From assembly GCA_963514005.1 (NCBI GenBank), contig OY740811.1, positions 27,714,001-27,778,000 of the forward strand: a stretch of 64,000 nucleotides of DNA. The letters are read 5' to 3'. The position numbers were made by a program, and so were the translations under genes. Below, in pieces: positions 1 to 15,000 of the stretch (its first letter is position 1; each line of letters begins with the position of its first letter). The stretch comes from Raja brachyura. Its lineage: Eukaryota. The notes under the pieces are model-generated. The model had not been told where the DNA came from and did not search any database. It worked only from the letters and a program-made list of their open reading frames with translations.

Positions 1-3000
1 GTCCTCTTCAGAAACACATTTAACAACATCAAGTTTATCACAGGTAACTGAGTCCTCAACAGAAACATATTCCACATCGACACAGGTCACATCAAAAACT
101 GAATCACCCTCAGAAAGCCATCAGACCACTGAAGTGCCTTCAAGCTCCTTGACCTCATCAAAAACACATCCAACAACATCACCGGAATCATCATCAACGG
201 AGCTTCCAACAACAGCATATCCAACATTGACAACTGCTTCATCTGTTAGTGTGTCCCCATCTGAAACCCACCTAACAACAACACCACTATCATCGCCAAT
301 TCAGTCCTCAGCAGAGACCTATCCAACAACACAAACATCCACAAACAAACCTTCATCAGAAACACATCCAACAACAGTGGAATCATCAAGCACACAGCAT
401 ACAACACAAGCACATCAAAGCTCAACTGAAGTTTCATCAGTCACTGTGTCGCCAGTTGAATCCCACTCCACAACCTCATCATCTTCATTGGTTACTGAAT
501 CCCCGTCAGAAACACATTCAACATCTGCACAAGCATCAGTGACAACTGAAACTTCATCGGAATCCCATCCAACTACACATGCATCTCGAATCACAATGTC
601 CTCTTCAGAAAGACAGCCAACAGCACATGAATCATCAAGTACAGAGCAGACAACACAAACTCATGGAACAACATCTGAAATTTCCTCAGAAAGTGCGTCC
701 TCATCAAAATCCCTCGCAACAGCAACAACGTCACCTTTGGTCACTGAGAGCTCAACGGTAACTTATTCTCAATCATCGCAAATCACATCCTCCAACAAAT
801 CTGCAATAGTATCACATCCAACGACAGAAGAATCATCGATCACCGTCTCCTCACCTGAAGCACATCAGACAAATACACAGGAACCATTTACATCGACATA
901 TCCAAAGACAACACAAGCTTCAACAGAAACTATTTTGACAACAGAAACACATTTAACAACACCAATCTCAAAGCAAACGGAGCCTCCATCAGTAACCTAT
1001 CCACGCACAACAGAAGACTTATCCACAACAGAATTTTCCTCACCAACACCGAATGGTAGACAGGCATCAGCAACCACATTGTCCACAGCTGAAACACGGT
1101 CAGAAACGCAGGAATCAATAAGAACGGAGCATTCAACACAAACCTTTGCAAGCACGACACAGAATTCTTCAGAAAGTGTGCCCGTTTCAGAACCACATTT
1201 CACAACGCAATTTTCAGCCACGATACATTCCTCATCGGAATCATATTCCACATCAGTGAAAGCTTCCTCAACAACAGAACCTTCATCAGAATCACATCCT
1301 ACAATAGCAGCATCCACAATTGCCACATCCTCTCTGGAAACATCTCCAAACACCCAGCAATCTTCAAGGACTGAACTATCAACACAATCCAATCCAAGCA
1401 CAACCAATGTTTCATCAGTCACCGAGTCCTCTTCAGAAACACATTTAACAACATCAAGTTTATCACAGGTAACTGAGTCCTCAACAGAAACATATTCCAC
1501 ATCGACACAGGTCACATCAAAAACTGAATCACCCTCAGAAAGCCATCAGACCACTGAAGTGCCTTCAAGCTCCTTGACCTCATCAAAAACACATCCAACA
1601 ACATCACCGGAATCATCATCAACGGAGCTTCCAACAACAGCATATCCAACATTGACAACTGCTTCATCTGTTAGTGTGTCCCCATCTGAAACCCACCTAA
1701 CAACAACACCACTATCATCGCCAATTCAGTCCTCAGCAGAGACCTATCCAACAACACAAACATCCACAAACAAACCTTCATCAGAAACACATCCAACAAC
1801 AGTGGAATCATCAAGCACACAGCATACAACACAAGCACATCAAAGCTCAACTGAAGTTTCATCAGTCACTGCGTCGCCAGTTGAATCCCACTCCACAACC
1901 TCATCATCTTCATTGGTTACTGAATCCCCGTCAGAAACACATTCAACATCTGCACAAGCATCAGTGACAACTGAAACTTCATCGGAATCCCATCCAACTA
2001 CACATGCATCTCGAATCACAATGTCCTCTTCAGAAAGACAGCCAACAGCACATGAATCATCAAGTACAGAGCAGACAACACAAACTCATGGAACAACATC
2101 TGAAATTTCCTCAGAAAGTGCGTCCTCATCAAAATCCCTCGCAACAGCAACAACGTCACCTTTGGTCACTGAGAGCTCAACGGTAACTTATTCTCAATCA
2201 TCGCAAATCACATCCTCCAACAAATCTGCAATAGTATCACATTCAACGACAGAAGAATCATCGATCACAGTCTCCTCACCTGAAGCACATCAGACAAATA
2301 CACAGGAACCATTTACATCGACATATCCAAAGACAACACAAGCTTCAACAGAAACTATTTTGACAACAGAAACACATTTAACAACACCAATCTCAAAGCA
2401 AACGGAGCCTCCATCAGTAACCTATCCACGCACAACAGAAGACTTATCCACAACAGAATTTTCCTCACCAACACCGAATGGTAGACAGGCATCAGCAACC
2501 ACATTGTCCACAGCTGAAACACGGTCAGAAACGCAGGAATCAATAAGAACGGAGCATTCAACACAAACCTTTGCAAGCACGACACAGAATTCTTCAGAAA
2601 GTGTGCCCGTTTCAGAACCACATTTCACAACGCAATTTTCAGCCACGATACATTCCTCATCGGAATCATATTCCACATCAGTGAAAGCTTCCTCAACAAC
2701 AGAACCTTCATCAGAATCACATCCTACAATAGCAGCATCCACAATTGCCACATCCTCTCTGGAAACATCTCCAAACACCCAGCAATCTTCAAGGACTGAA
2801 CTATCAACACAATCCAATCCAAGCACAACCAATGTTTCATCAGTCACCGAGTCCTCTTCAGAAACACATTTAACAACATCAAGTTTATCACAGGTAACTG
2901 AGTCCTCAACAGAAACATATTCCACATCGACACAGGTCACATCAAAAACTGAATCACCCTCAGAAAGCCATCAGACCACTGAAGTGCCTTCAAGCTCCTT

Positions 3001-6000
3001 GACCTCATCAAAAACACATCCAACAACATCACCGGAATCATCATCAACGGAGCTTCCAACAACAGCATATCCAACATTGACAACTGCTTCATCTGTTAGT
3101 GTGTCCCCATCTGAAACCCACCTAACAACAACACCACTATCATCGCCAATTCAGTCCTCAGCAGAGACCTATCCAACAACACAAACATCCACAAACAAAC
3201 CTTCATCAGAAACACATCCAACAACAGTGGAATCATCAAGCACACAGCATACAACACAAGCACATCAAAGCTCAACTGAAGTTTCATCAGTCACTGTGTG
3301 GCCAGTTGAATCCCACTCCACAACCTCATCATCTTCATTGGTTACTGAATCCCCGTCAGAAACACATTCAACATCTGCACAAGCATCAGTGACAACTGAA
3401 ACTTCATCGGAATCCCATCCAACTACACATGCATCTCGAATCACAATGTCCTCTTCAGAAAGACAGCCAACAGCACATGAATCATCAAGTACAGAGCAGA
3501 CAACACAAACTCATGGAACAACATCTGAAATTTCCTCACAAAGTGCGTCCTCATCAAAATCCCTCGCAACAGCAACAACGTCACCTTTGGTCACTGAGAG
3601 CTCAACGGTAACTTATTCTCAATCATCGCAAATCACATCCTCCAACAAATCTGCAATAGTATCACATCCAACGACAGAAGAATCATCGATCACCGTCTCC
3701 TCACCTGAAGCACATCAGACAAATACACAGGAACCATTTACATCGACATATCCAAAGACAACACAAGCTTCAACAGAAACTATTTTGACAACAGAAACAC
3801 ATTTAACAACACCAATCTCAAAGCAAACGGAGCCTCCATCAGTAACCTATCCACGCACAACAGAAGACTTATCCACAACAGAATTTTCCTCACCAACACC
3901 GAATGGTAGACAGGCATCAGCAACCACATTGTCCACAGCTGAAACACGGTCAGAAACGCAGGAATCAATAAGAACGGAGCATTCAACACAAACCTTTGCA
4001 AGCACGACACAGAATTCTTCAGAAAGTGTGCCCGTTTCAGAACCACATTTCACAACGCAATTTTCAGCCACGATACATTCCTCATCGGAATCATATTCCA
4101 CATCAGTGAAAGCTTCCTCAACAACAGAACCTTCATCAGAATCACATCCTACAATAGCAGCATCCACAATTGCCACATCCTCTCTGGAAACAACTCCAAA
4201 CACCCAGCAATCTTCAAGGACTGAACTATCAACACAATCCAATCCAAGCACAACCAATGTTTCATCAGTCACCGAGTCCTCTTCAGAAACACATTTAACA
4301 ACATCAAGTTTATCACAGGTAACTGAGTCCTCAACAGAAACATATTCCACATCGACACAGGTCACATCAAAAACTGAATCACCCTCAGAAAGCCATCAGA
4401 CCACTGAAGTGCCTTCAAGCTCCTTGACCTCATCAAAAACACATCCAACAACATCACCGGAATCATCATCAACGGAGCTTCCAACAACAGCATATCCAAC
4501 ATTGACAACTGCTTCATCTGTTAGTGTGTCCCCATCTGAAACCCACCTAACAACAACACCACTATCATCGCCAATTCAGTCCTCAGCAGAGACTTATCCA
4601 ACAACACAAACATCCACAAACAAACCTTCATCAGAAACACATCCAACAACAGTGGAATCATCAAGCACACAGCATACAACACAAGCACATCAAAGCTCAA
4701 CTGAAGTTTCATCAGTCACTGTGTCGCCAGTTGAATCCCACTCCACAACCTCATCATCTTCATTGGTTACTGAATCCCCGTCAGAAACACATTCAACATC
4801 TGCACAAGCATCAGTGACAACTGAAACTTCATCGGAATCCCATCCAACTACACATGCATCTCGAATCACAATGTCCTCTTCAGAAAGACAGCCAACAGCA
4901 CATGAATCATCAAGTACAGAGCAGACAACACAAACTCATGGAACAACATCTGAAATTTCCTCAGAAAGTGCGTCCTCATCAAAATCCCTCGCAACAGCAA
5001 CAACGTCACCTTTGGTCACTGAGAGCTCAACGGTAACTTATTCTCAATCATCGCAAATCTCATCCTCCAACAAATCTGCAATAGTATCACATCCAACGAC
5101 AGAAGAATCATCGATCACCGTCTCCTCACCTGAAGCACATCAGACAAATACACAGGAACCATTTACATCGACATATCCAAAGACAACACAAGCTTCAACA
5201 GAAACTATTTTGACAACAGAAACACATTTAACAACACCAATCTCAAAGCAAACGGAGCCTCCATCAGTAACCTATCCACGCACAACAGAAGACTTATCCA
5301 CAACAGAATTTTCCTCACCAACACCGAATGGTAGACAGGCATCAGCAACCACATTGTCCACAGCTGAAACACGGTCAGAAACGCAGGAATCAATAAGAAC
5401 GGAGCATTCAACACAAACCTTTGCAAGCACGACACAGAATTCTTCAGAAAGTGTGCCCGTTTCAGAACCACATTTCACAACGCAATTTTCAGCCACGATA
5501 CATTCCTCATCGGAATCATATTCCACATCAGTGAAAGCTTCCTCAACAACAGAACCTTCATCAGAATCACATCCTACAATAGCAGCATCCACAATTGCCA
5601 CATCCTCTCTGGAAACAACTCCAAACACCCAGCAATCTTCAAGGACTGAACTATCAACACAATCCAATCCAAGCACAACCAATGTTTCATCAGTCACCGA
5701 GTCCTCTTCAGAAACACATTTAACAACATCAAGTTTATCACAGGTAACTGAGTCCTCAACAGAAACATATTCCACATCGACACAGGTCACATCAAAAACT
5801 GAATCACCCTCAGAAAGCCATCAGACCACTGAAGTGCCTTCAAGCTCCTTGACCTCATCAAAAACACATCCAACAACATCACCGGAATCATCATCAACGG
5901 AGCTTCCAACAACAGCATATCCAACATTGACAACTGCTTCATCTGTTAGTGTGTCCCCATCTGAAACCCACCTAACAACAACACCACTATCATCGCCAAT

Positions 6001-9000
6001 TCAGTCCTCAGCAGAGACCTATCCAACAACACAAACATCCACAAACAAACCTTCATCAGAAACACATCCAACAACAGTGGAATCATCAAGCACACAGCAT
6101 ACAACACAAGCACATCAAAGCTCAACTGAAGTTTCATCAGTCACTGTGTCGCCAGTTGAATCCCACTCCACAACCTCATCATCTTCATTGGTTACTGAAT
6201 CCCCGTCAGAAACACATTCAACATCTGCACAAGCATCAGTGACAACTGAAACTTCATCGGAATCCCATCCAACTACACATGCATCTCGAATCACAATGTC
6301 CTCTTCAGAAAGACAGCCAACAGCACATGAATCATCAAGTACAGAGCAGACAACACAAACTCATGGAACAACATCTGAAATTTCCTCACAAAGTGCGTCC
6401 TCATCAAAATCCCTCGCAACAGCAACAACGTCACCTTTGGTCACTGAGAGTTCAACGGTAACTTATTCTCAATCATCGCAAATCACATCCTCCAACAAAT
6501 CTGCAATAGTATCACATCCAACGACAGAAGAATCATCGATCACCGTCTCCTCACCTGAAGCACATCAGACAAATACACAGGAACCATTTACATCGACATA
6601 TCCAAAGACAACACAAGCTTCAACAGAAACTATTTTGACAACAGAAACACATTTAACAACACCAATCTCAAAGCAAACGGAGCCTCCATCAGTAACCTAT
6701 CCACGCACAACAGAAGACTTATCCACAACAGAATTTTCCTCAACAACACCGAATGGTAGACGGGCATCAGCAACCACATTGTCCACAGCTGAAACACGGT
6801 CAGAAACGCAGGAATCAATAAGAACGGAGCATTCAACACAAACCTTTGCAAGCACGACACAGAATTCTTCAGAAAGTGTGCCCGTTTCAGAACCACATTT
6901 CACAACGCAATTTTCAGCCACGATACATTCCTCATCGGAATCATATTCCACATCAGTGAAAGCTTCCTCAACAACAGAACCTTCATCAGAATCACATCCT
7001 ACAATAGCAGCATCCACAATTGCCACATCCTCTCTGGAAACAACTCCAAACACCCAGCAATCTTCAAGGACTGAACTATCAACACAATCCAATCCAAGCA
7101 CAACCAATGTTTCATCAGTCACCGAGTCCTCTTCAGAAACACATTTAACAACATCAAGTTTATCACAGGTAACTGAGTCCTCAACAGAAACATATTCCAC
7201 ATCGACACAGGTCACATCAAAAACTGAATCACCCTCAGAAAGCCATCAGACCACTGAAGTGCCTTCAAGCTCCTTGACCTCATCAAAAACACATCCAACA
7301 ACATCACCGGAATCATCATCAACGGAGCTTCCAACAACAGCATATCCAACATTGACAACTGCTTCATCTGTTAGTGTGTCCCCATCTGAAACCCACCTAA
7401 CAACAACACCACTATCATCGCCAATTCAGTCCTCAGCAGAGACCTATCCAACAACACAAACACCCACAAACAAACCTTCATCAGAAACACATCCAACAAC
7501 AGTGGAATCATCAAGCACACAGCATACAACACAAGCACATCAAAGCTCAACAGAAGTTTCATCAGTCACTGTGTCGCCAGTTGAATCCCACTCCACAACC
7601 TCATCATCTTCATTGGTTACTGAATCCCCGTCAGAAACACATTCAACTTCTGCACAAGCATCAGTGACAACTGAAACTTCATCGGAATCCCATCCAACTA
7701 CAGAGGCATCTCGAATCACAATGTCCTCTTCAGAAAGACAGCCAACAGCACATGAATCATCAAGTACAGAGCAGACAACACAAACTCATGGAACAACATC
7801 TGAAATTTCCTCAGAAAGTGCGTCCTCATCAAAATCCCTCGCAACAGCAACAACGTCACCTTTGGTCACTGAGAGCTCAACGGTAACTTATTCTCAATCA
7901 TCGCAAATCACATCCTCCAACAAATCTGCAATAGTATCACATCCAACGACAGAAGAATCATCGATCACCGTCTCCTCACCTGAAGCACATCAGACAAATA
8001 CACAGGAACCATTTACATCGACATATCCAAAGACAACACAAGCTTCAACAGAAACTATTTTGACAACTGAAACACGTTTAACAACACCAATCTCAAAGCA
8101 AACGGAGCCTCCATCAGTAACCTACCCACGCACAACAGAAGGCTTATCCACAACAGAATTTTCCTCACCAACACCGAATGGTAGACAGGCATCAGCAACC
8201 ACATTGTCCACAGCGGAAACACGGTCAGAAACGCAGGAATCAATAAGAACGGAGCATTCAACACAAACCTTTGCAAGCACGACACAGAATTCTTCAGAAA
8301 GTGTGCCCGTTTCAGAACCACATTTCACAACGCAATTTTCAGCCACGATACATTCCTCATCGGAATCATATTCCACATCAGTGAAAGCTTCCTCAACAAC
8401 AGAACCTTCATCAGAATCACATCCTACAATAGCAGCATCCACAATTGCCACATCCTCTCTGGAAACAACTCCAAACACCCAGCAATCTTCAAGGACTGAA
8501 CTATCAACACAATCCAATCCAAGCACAACCAATGTTTCATCAGTCACCGAGTCCTCTTCAGAAACACATTTAACAACATCAAGTTTATCACAGGTAACTG
8601 AGTCCTCAACAGAAACATATTCCACATCGACACAGGTCACATCAAAAACTGAATCACCCTCAGAAAGCCATCAGACCACTGAAGTGCCTTCAAGCTCCTT
8701 GACCTCATCAAAAACACATCCAACAACATCACCGGAATCATCATCAACGGAGCTTCCAACAACAGCATATCCAACATTGACAACTGCTTCATCTGTTAGT
8801 GTGTCCCCATCTGAAACCCACCTAACAACAACACCACTATCATCGCCAATTCAGTCCTCAGCAGAGACCTATCCAACAACACAAACATCCACAAACAAAC
8901 CTTCATCAGAAACACATCCAACAACAGTGGAATCATCAAGCACACAGCATACAACACAAGCACATCAAAGCTCAACAGAAGTTTCATCAGTCACTGTGTC

Positions 9001-12000
9001 GCCAGTTGAATCCCACTCCACAACCTCATCATCTTCATTGGTTACTGAATCCCCGTCAGAAACACATTCAACATCTGCACAAGCATCAGTGACAACTGAA
9101 ACTTCATCGGAATCCCGTCCAACTACAGAGGCATCTCGAATCACAATGTCCTCTTCAGAAAGACAGCCAACAGCACATGAATCATCAAGTACAGAGCAGT
9201 CAACACAAACTCATGGAACAACATCTGAAATTTCCTCACAAAGTGCGTCCTCATCAAAATCCCTCGCAACAGCAACAACGTCACCTTTGGTCACTGAGAG
9301 CTCAACGGTAACTTATTCTCAATCATCGCAAATCACATCCTCCAACAAATCTGCAATAGTATCACATCCAACGACAGAAGAATCATCGATCACCGTCTCC
9401 TCACCTGAAGCACATCAGACAAATACACAGGAACCATTTACATCGACATATCCAAAGACAACACAAGCTTCAACAGAAACTATTTTGACAACAGAAACAC
9501 ATTTAACAACACCAATCTCAAAGCAAACGGAGCCTCCATCAGTAACCTATCCACGCACAACAGAAGACTTATCCACAACAGAATTTTCCTCACCAACACC
9601 GAATGGTAGACAGGCATCAGCAACCACATTGTCCACAGCTGAAACACGGTCAGAAACGCAGGAATCAATAAGAACGGAGCATTCAACACAAACCTTTGCA
9701 AGCACGACACAGAATTCTTCAGAAAGTGTGCCCGTTTCAGAACCACATTTCACAACGCAATTTTCAGCCACGATACATTCCTCATCGGAATCATATTCCA
9801 CATCAGTGAAAGCTTCCTCAACAACAGAACCTTCATCAGAATCACATCCTACAATAGCAGCATCCACAATTGCCACATCCTCTCTGGAAACAACTCCAAA
9901 CACCCAGCAATCTTCAAGGACTGAACTATCAACACAATCCAATCCAAGCACAACCAATGTTTCATCAGTCACCGAGTCCTCTTCAGAAACACATTTAACA
10001 ACATCAAGTTTATCACAGGTAACTGAGTCCTCAACAGAAACATATTCCACATCGACACAGGTCACATCAAAAACTGAATCACCCTCAGAAAGCCATCAGA
10101 CCACTGAAGTGCCTTCAAGCTCCTTGACCTCATCAAAAACACATCCAACAACATCACCGGAATCATCATCAACGGAGCTTCCAACAACAGCATATCCAAC
10201 ATTGACAACTGCTTCATCTGTTAGTGTGTCCCCATCTGAAACCCACCTAACAACAACACCACTATCATCGCCAATTCAGTCCTCAGCAGAGACCTATCCA
10301 ACAACACAAACACCCACAAACAAACCTTCATCAGAAACACATCCAACAACAGTGGAATCATCAAGCACACAGCATACAACACAAGCACATCAAAGCTCAA
10401 CAGAAGTTTCATCAGTCACTGTGTCGCCAGTTGAATCCCACTCCACAACCTCATCATCTTCATTGGTTACTGAATCCCCGTCAGAAACACATTCAACATC
10501 TGCACAAGCATCAGTGACAACTGAAACTTCATCGGAATCCCATCCAACTACACATGCATCTCGAATCACAATGTCCTCTTCAGAAAGACAGCCAACAGCA
10601 CATGAATCATCAAGTACAGAGCAGACAACACAAACTCATGGAACAACATCTGAAATTTCCTCAGAAAGTGCGTCCTCATCAAAATCCCTCGCAACAGCAA
10701 CAACGTCACCTTTGGTCACTGAGAGCTCAACGGTAACTTATTCTCAATCATCGCAAATCACATCCTCCAACAAATCAGCAATAGTATCACATCCAACGAC
10801 AGAAGAATCATCGATCACCGTCTCCTCACCTGAAGCACATCAGACAAATACACAGGAACCATTTACATCGACATATCCAAAGACAACACAAGCTTCAACA
10901 GAAACTATTTTGACAACAGAAACACATTTAACAACACCAATCTCAAAGCAAACGGAGCCTCCATCAGTAACCTATCCACGCACAACAGAAGACTTATCCA
11001 CAACAGAATTTTCCTCACCAACACCGAATGGTAGACAGGCATCAGCAACCACATTGTCCACAGCTGAAACATGGTCAGAAACGCAGGAATCAATAAGAAC
11101 GGAGCATTCAACACAAACCTTTGCAAGCACGACACAGAATTCTTCAGAAAGTGTGCCCGTTTCAGAACCACATTTCACAACGCAATTTTCAGCCACGATA
11201 CATTCCTCATCGGAATCATATTCCACATCAGTGAAAGCTTCCTCAACAACAGAACCTTCATCAGAATCACATCCTACAATAGCAGCATCCACAATTGCCA
11301 CATCCTCTCTGGAAACAACTCCAAACACCCAGCAATCTTCAAGGACTGAACTATCAACACAATCCAATCCAAGCACAACCAATGTTTCATCAGTCACCGA
11401 GTCCTCTTCAGAAACACATTTAACAACATCAAGTTTATCACAGGTAACTGAGTCCTCAACAGAAACATATTCCACATCGACACAGGTCACATCAAAAACT
11501 GAATCACCCTCAGAAAGCCATCAGACCACTGAAGTGCCTTCAAGCTCCTTGACCTCATCAAAAACACATCCAACAACATCACCGGAATCATCATCAACGG
11601 AGCTTCCAACAACAGCATATCCAACATTGACAACTGCTTCATCTGTTAGTGTGTCCCCATCTGAAACCCACCTAACAACAACACCACTATCATCGCCAAT
11701 TCAGTCCTCAGCAGAGACCTATCCAACAACACAAACATCCACAAACAAACCTTCATCAGAAACACATCCAACAACAGTGGAATCATCAAGCACACAGCAT
11801 ACAACACAAGCACATCAAAGCTCAACAGAAGTTTCATCAGTCACTGTGTCGCCAGTTGAATCCCACTCCACAACCTCATCATCTTCATTGGTTACTGAAT
11901 CCCCGTCAGAAACACATTCAACATCTGCACAAGCATCAGTGACAACTGAAACTTCATCGGAATCCCATCCAACTACACATGCATCTCGAATCACAATGTC

Positions 12001-15000
12001 CTCTTCAGAAAGACAGCCAACAGCACATGAATCATCAAGTACAGAGCAGACAACACAAACTCATGGAACAACATCTGAAATTTCCTCACAAAGTGCGTCC
12101 TCATCAAAATCCCTCGCAACAGCAACAACGTCACCTTTGGTCACTGAGAGCTCAACGGTAACTTATTCTCAATCATCGCAAATCACATCCTCCAACAAAT
12201 CTGCAATAGTATCACATCCAACGACAGAAGAATCATCGATCACCGTCTCCTCACCTGAAGCACATCAGACAAATACACAGGAACCATTTACATCGACATA
12301 TCCAAAGACAACACAAGCTTCAACAGAAACTATTTTGACAACAGAAACACATTTAACAACACCAATCTCAAAGCAAACGGAGTCTCCATCAGTAACCTAT
12401 CCACGCACAACAGAAGACTTATCCACAACAGAATTTTCCTCACCAACACCGAATGGTAGACAGGCATCAGCAACCACATTGTCCACAGCTGAAACACGGT
12501 CAGAAACGCAGGAATCAATAAGAACGGAGCATTCAACACAAACCTTTGCAAGCACGACACAGAATTCTTCAGAAAGTGTGCCCGTTTCAGAACCACATTT
12601 CACAACGCAATTTTCAGCCACGATACATTCCTCATCGGAATCATATTCCACATCAGTGAAAGCTTCCTCAACAACAGAACCTTCATCAGAATCACATCCT
12701 ACAATAGCAGCATCCACAATTGCCACATCCTCTCTGGAAACAACTCCAAACACCCAGCAATCTTCAAGGACTGAACTATCAACACAATCCAATCCAAGCA
12801 CAACCAATGTTTCATCAGTCACCGAGTCCTCTTCAGAAACACATTTAACAACATCAAGTTTATCACAGGTAACTGAGTCCTCAACAGAAACATATTCCAC
12901 ATCGACACAGGTCACATCAAAAACTGAATCACCCTCAGAAAGCCATCAGACCACTGAAGTGCCTTCAAGCTCCTTGACCTCATCAAAAACACATCCAACA
13001 ACATCACAGGAATCATCATCAACGGAGCTTCCAACAACAGCATATCCAACATTGACAACTGCTTCATCTGTTAGTGTGTCCCCATCTGAAACCCACCTAA
13101 CAACAACACCACTATCATCGCCAATTCAGTCCTCAGCAGAGACCTATCCAACAACACAAACATCCACAAACAAACCTTCATCAGAAACACATCCAACAAC
13201 AGTGGAATCATCAAGCACACAGCATACAACACAAGCACATCAAAGCTCAACTGAAGTTTCATCAGTCACTGTGTCGCCAGTTGAATCCCACTCCACAACC
13301 TCATCATCTTCATTGGTTACTGAATCCCCGTCAGAAACACATTCAACATCTGCACAAGCATCAGTGACAACTGAAACTTCATCGGAATCCCATCCAACTA
13401 CACATGCATCTCGAATCACAATGTCCTCTTCAGAAAGACAGCCAACAGCACATGAATCATCAAGTACAGAGCAGACAACACAAACTCATGGAACAACATC
13501 TGAAATTTCCTCAGAAAGTGCGTCCTCATCAAAATCCCTCGCAACAGCAACAACGTCACCTTTGGTCACTGAGAGCTCAACGGTAACTTATTCTCAATCA
13601 TCGCAAATCACATCCTCCAACAAATCAGCAATAGTATCACATCCAACGACAGAAGAATCATCGATCACCGTCTCCTCACCTGAAGCACATCAGACAAATA
13701 CACAGGAACCATTTACATCGACATATCCAAAGACAACACAAGCTTCAACAGAAACTATTTTGACAACAGAAACACATTTAACAACACCAATCTCAAAGCA
13801 AACGGAGCCTCCATCAGTAACCTATCCACGCACAACAGAAGACTTATCCACAACAGAATTTTCCTCACCAACACCGAATGGTAGACAGGCATCAGCAACC
13901 ACATTGTCCACAGCTGAAACACGGTCAGAAACGCAGGAATCAATAAGAACGGAGCATTCAATACAAACCTTTGCAAGCACGACACAGAATTCTTCAGAAA
14001 GTGTGCCCGTTTCAGAACCACATTTCACAACGCAATTTTCAGCCACGATACATTCCTCATCGGAATCATATTCCACATCAGTGAAAGCTTCCTCAACAAC
14101 AGAACCTTCATCAGAATCACATCCTACAATAGCAGCATCCACAATTGCCACATCCTCTCTGGAAACAACTCCAAACACCCAGCAATCTTCAAGGACTGAA
14201 CTATCAACACAATCCAATCCAAGCACAACCAATGTTTCATCAGTCACCGAGTCCTCTTCAGAAACACATTTAACAACATCAAGTTTATCACAGGTAACTG
14301 AGTCCTCAACAGAAACATATTCCACATCGACACAGGTCACATCAAAAACTGAATCACCCTCAGAAAGCCATCAGACCACTGAAGTGCCTTCAAGCTCCTT
14401 GACCTCATCAAAAACACATCCAACAACATCACAGGAATCATCATCAACGGAGCTTCCAACAACAGCATATCCAACATTGACAACTGCTTCATCTGTTAGT
14501 GTGTCCCCATCTGAAACCCACCTAACAACAACACCACTATCATCGCCAATTCAGTCCTCAGCAGAGACCTATCCAACAACACAAACATCCACAAACAAAC
14601 CTTCATCAGAAACACATCCAACAACAGTGGAATCATCAAGCACACAGCATACAACACAAGCACATCAAAGCTCAACTGAAGTTTCATCAGTCACTGTGTC
14701 GCCAGTTGAATCCCACTCCACAACCTCATCATCTTCATTGGTTACTGAATCCCCGTCAGAAACACATTCAACATCTGCACAAGCATCAGTGACAACTGAA
14801 ACTTCATCGGAATCCCATCCAACTACACATGCATCTCGAATCACAATGTCCTCTTCAGAAAGACAGCCAACAGCACATGAATCATCAAGTACAGAGCAGA
14901 CAACACAAACTCATGGAACAACATCTGAAATTTCCTCAGAAAGTGCGTCCTCATCAAAATCCCTCGCAACAGCAACAACGTCACCTTTGGTCACTGAGAG

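Noticed and set aside
134-136. Start codon given by the ORF track
   Set aside because: It is GTG (Val) inside a repeat; the frame is open upstream and no signal peptide is in the window.
1052-1060. NGR tripeptide in every repeat (CD13/isoDGR ligand idea)
   Set aside because: One 3-aa match multiplied by duplication, in a heavily O-glycosylated context; no independent support.
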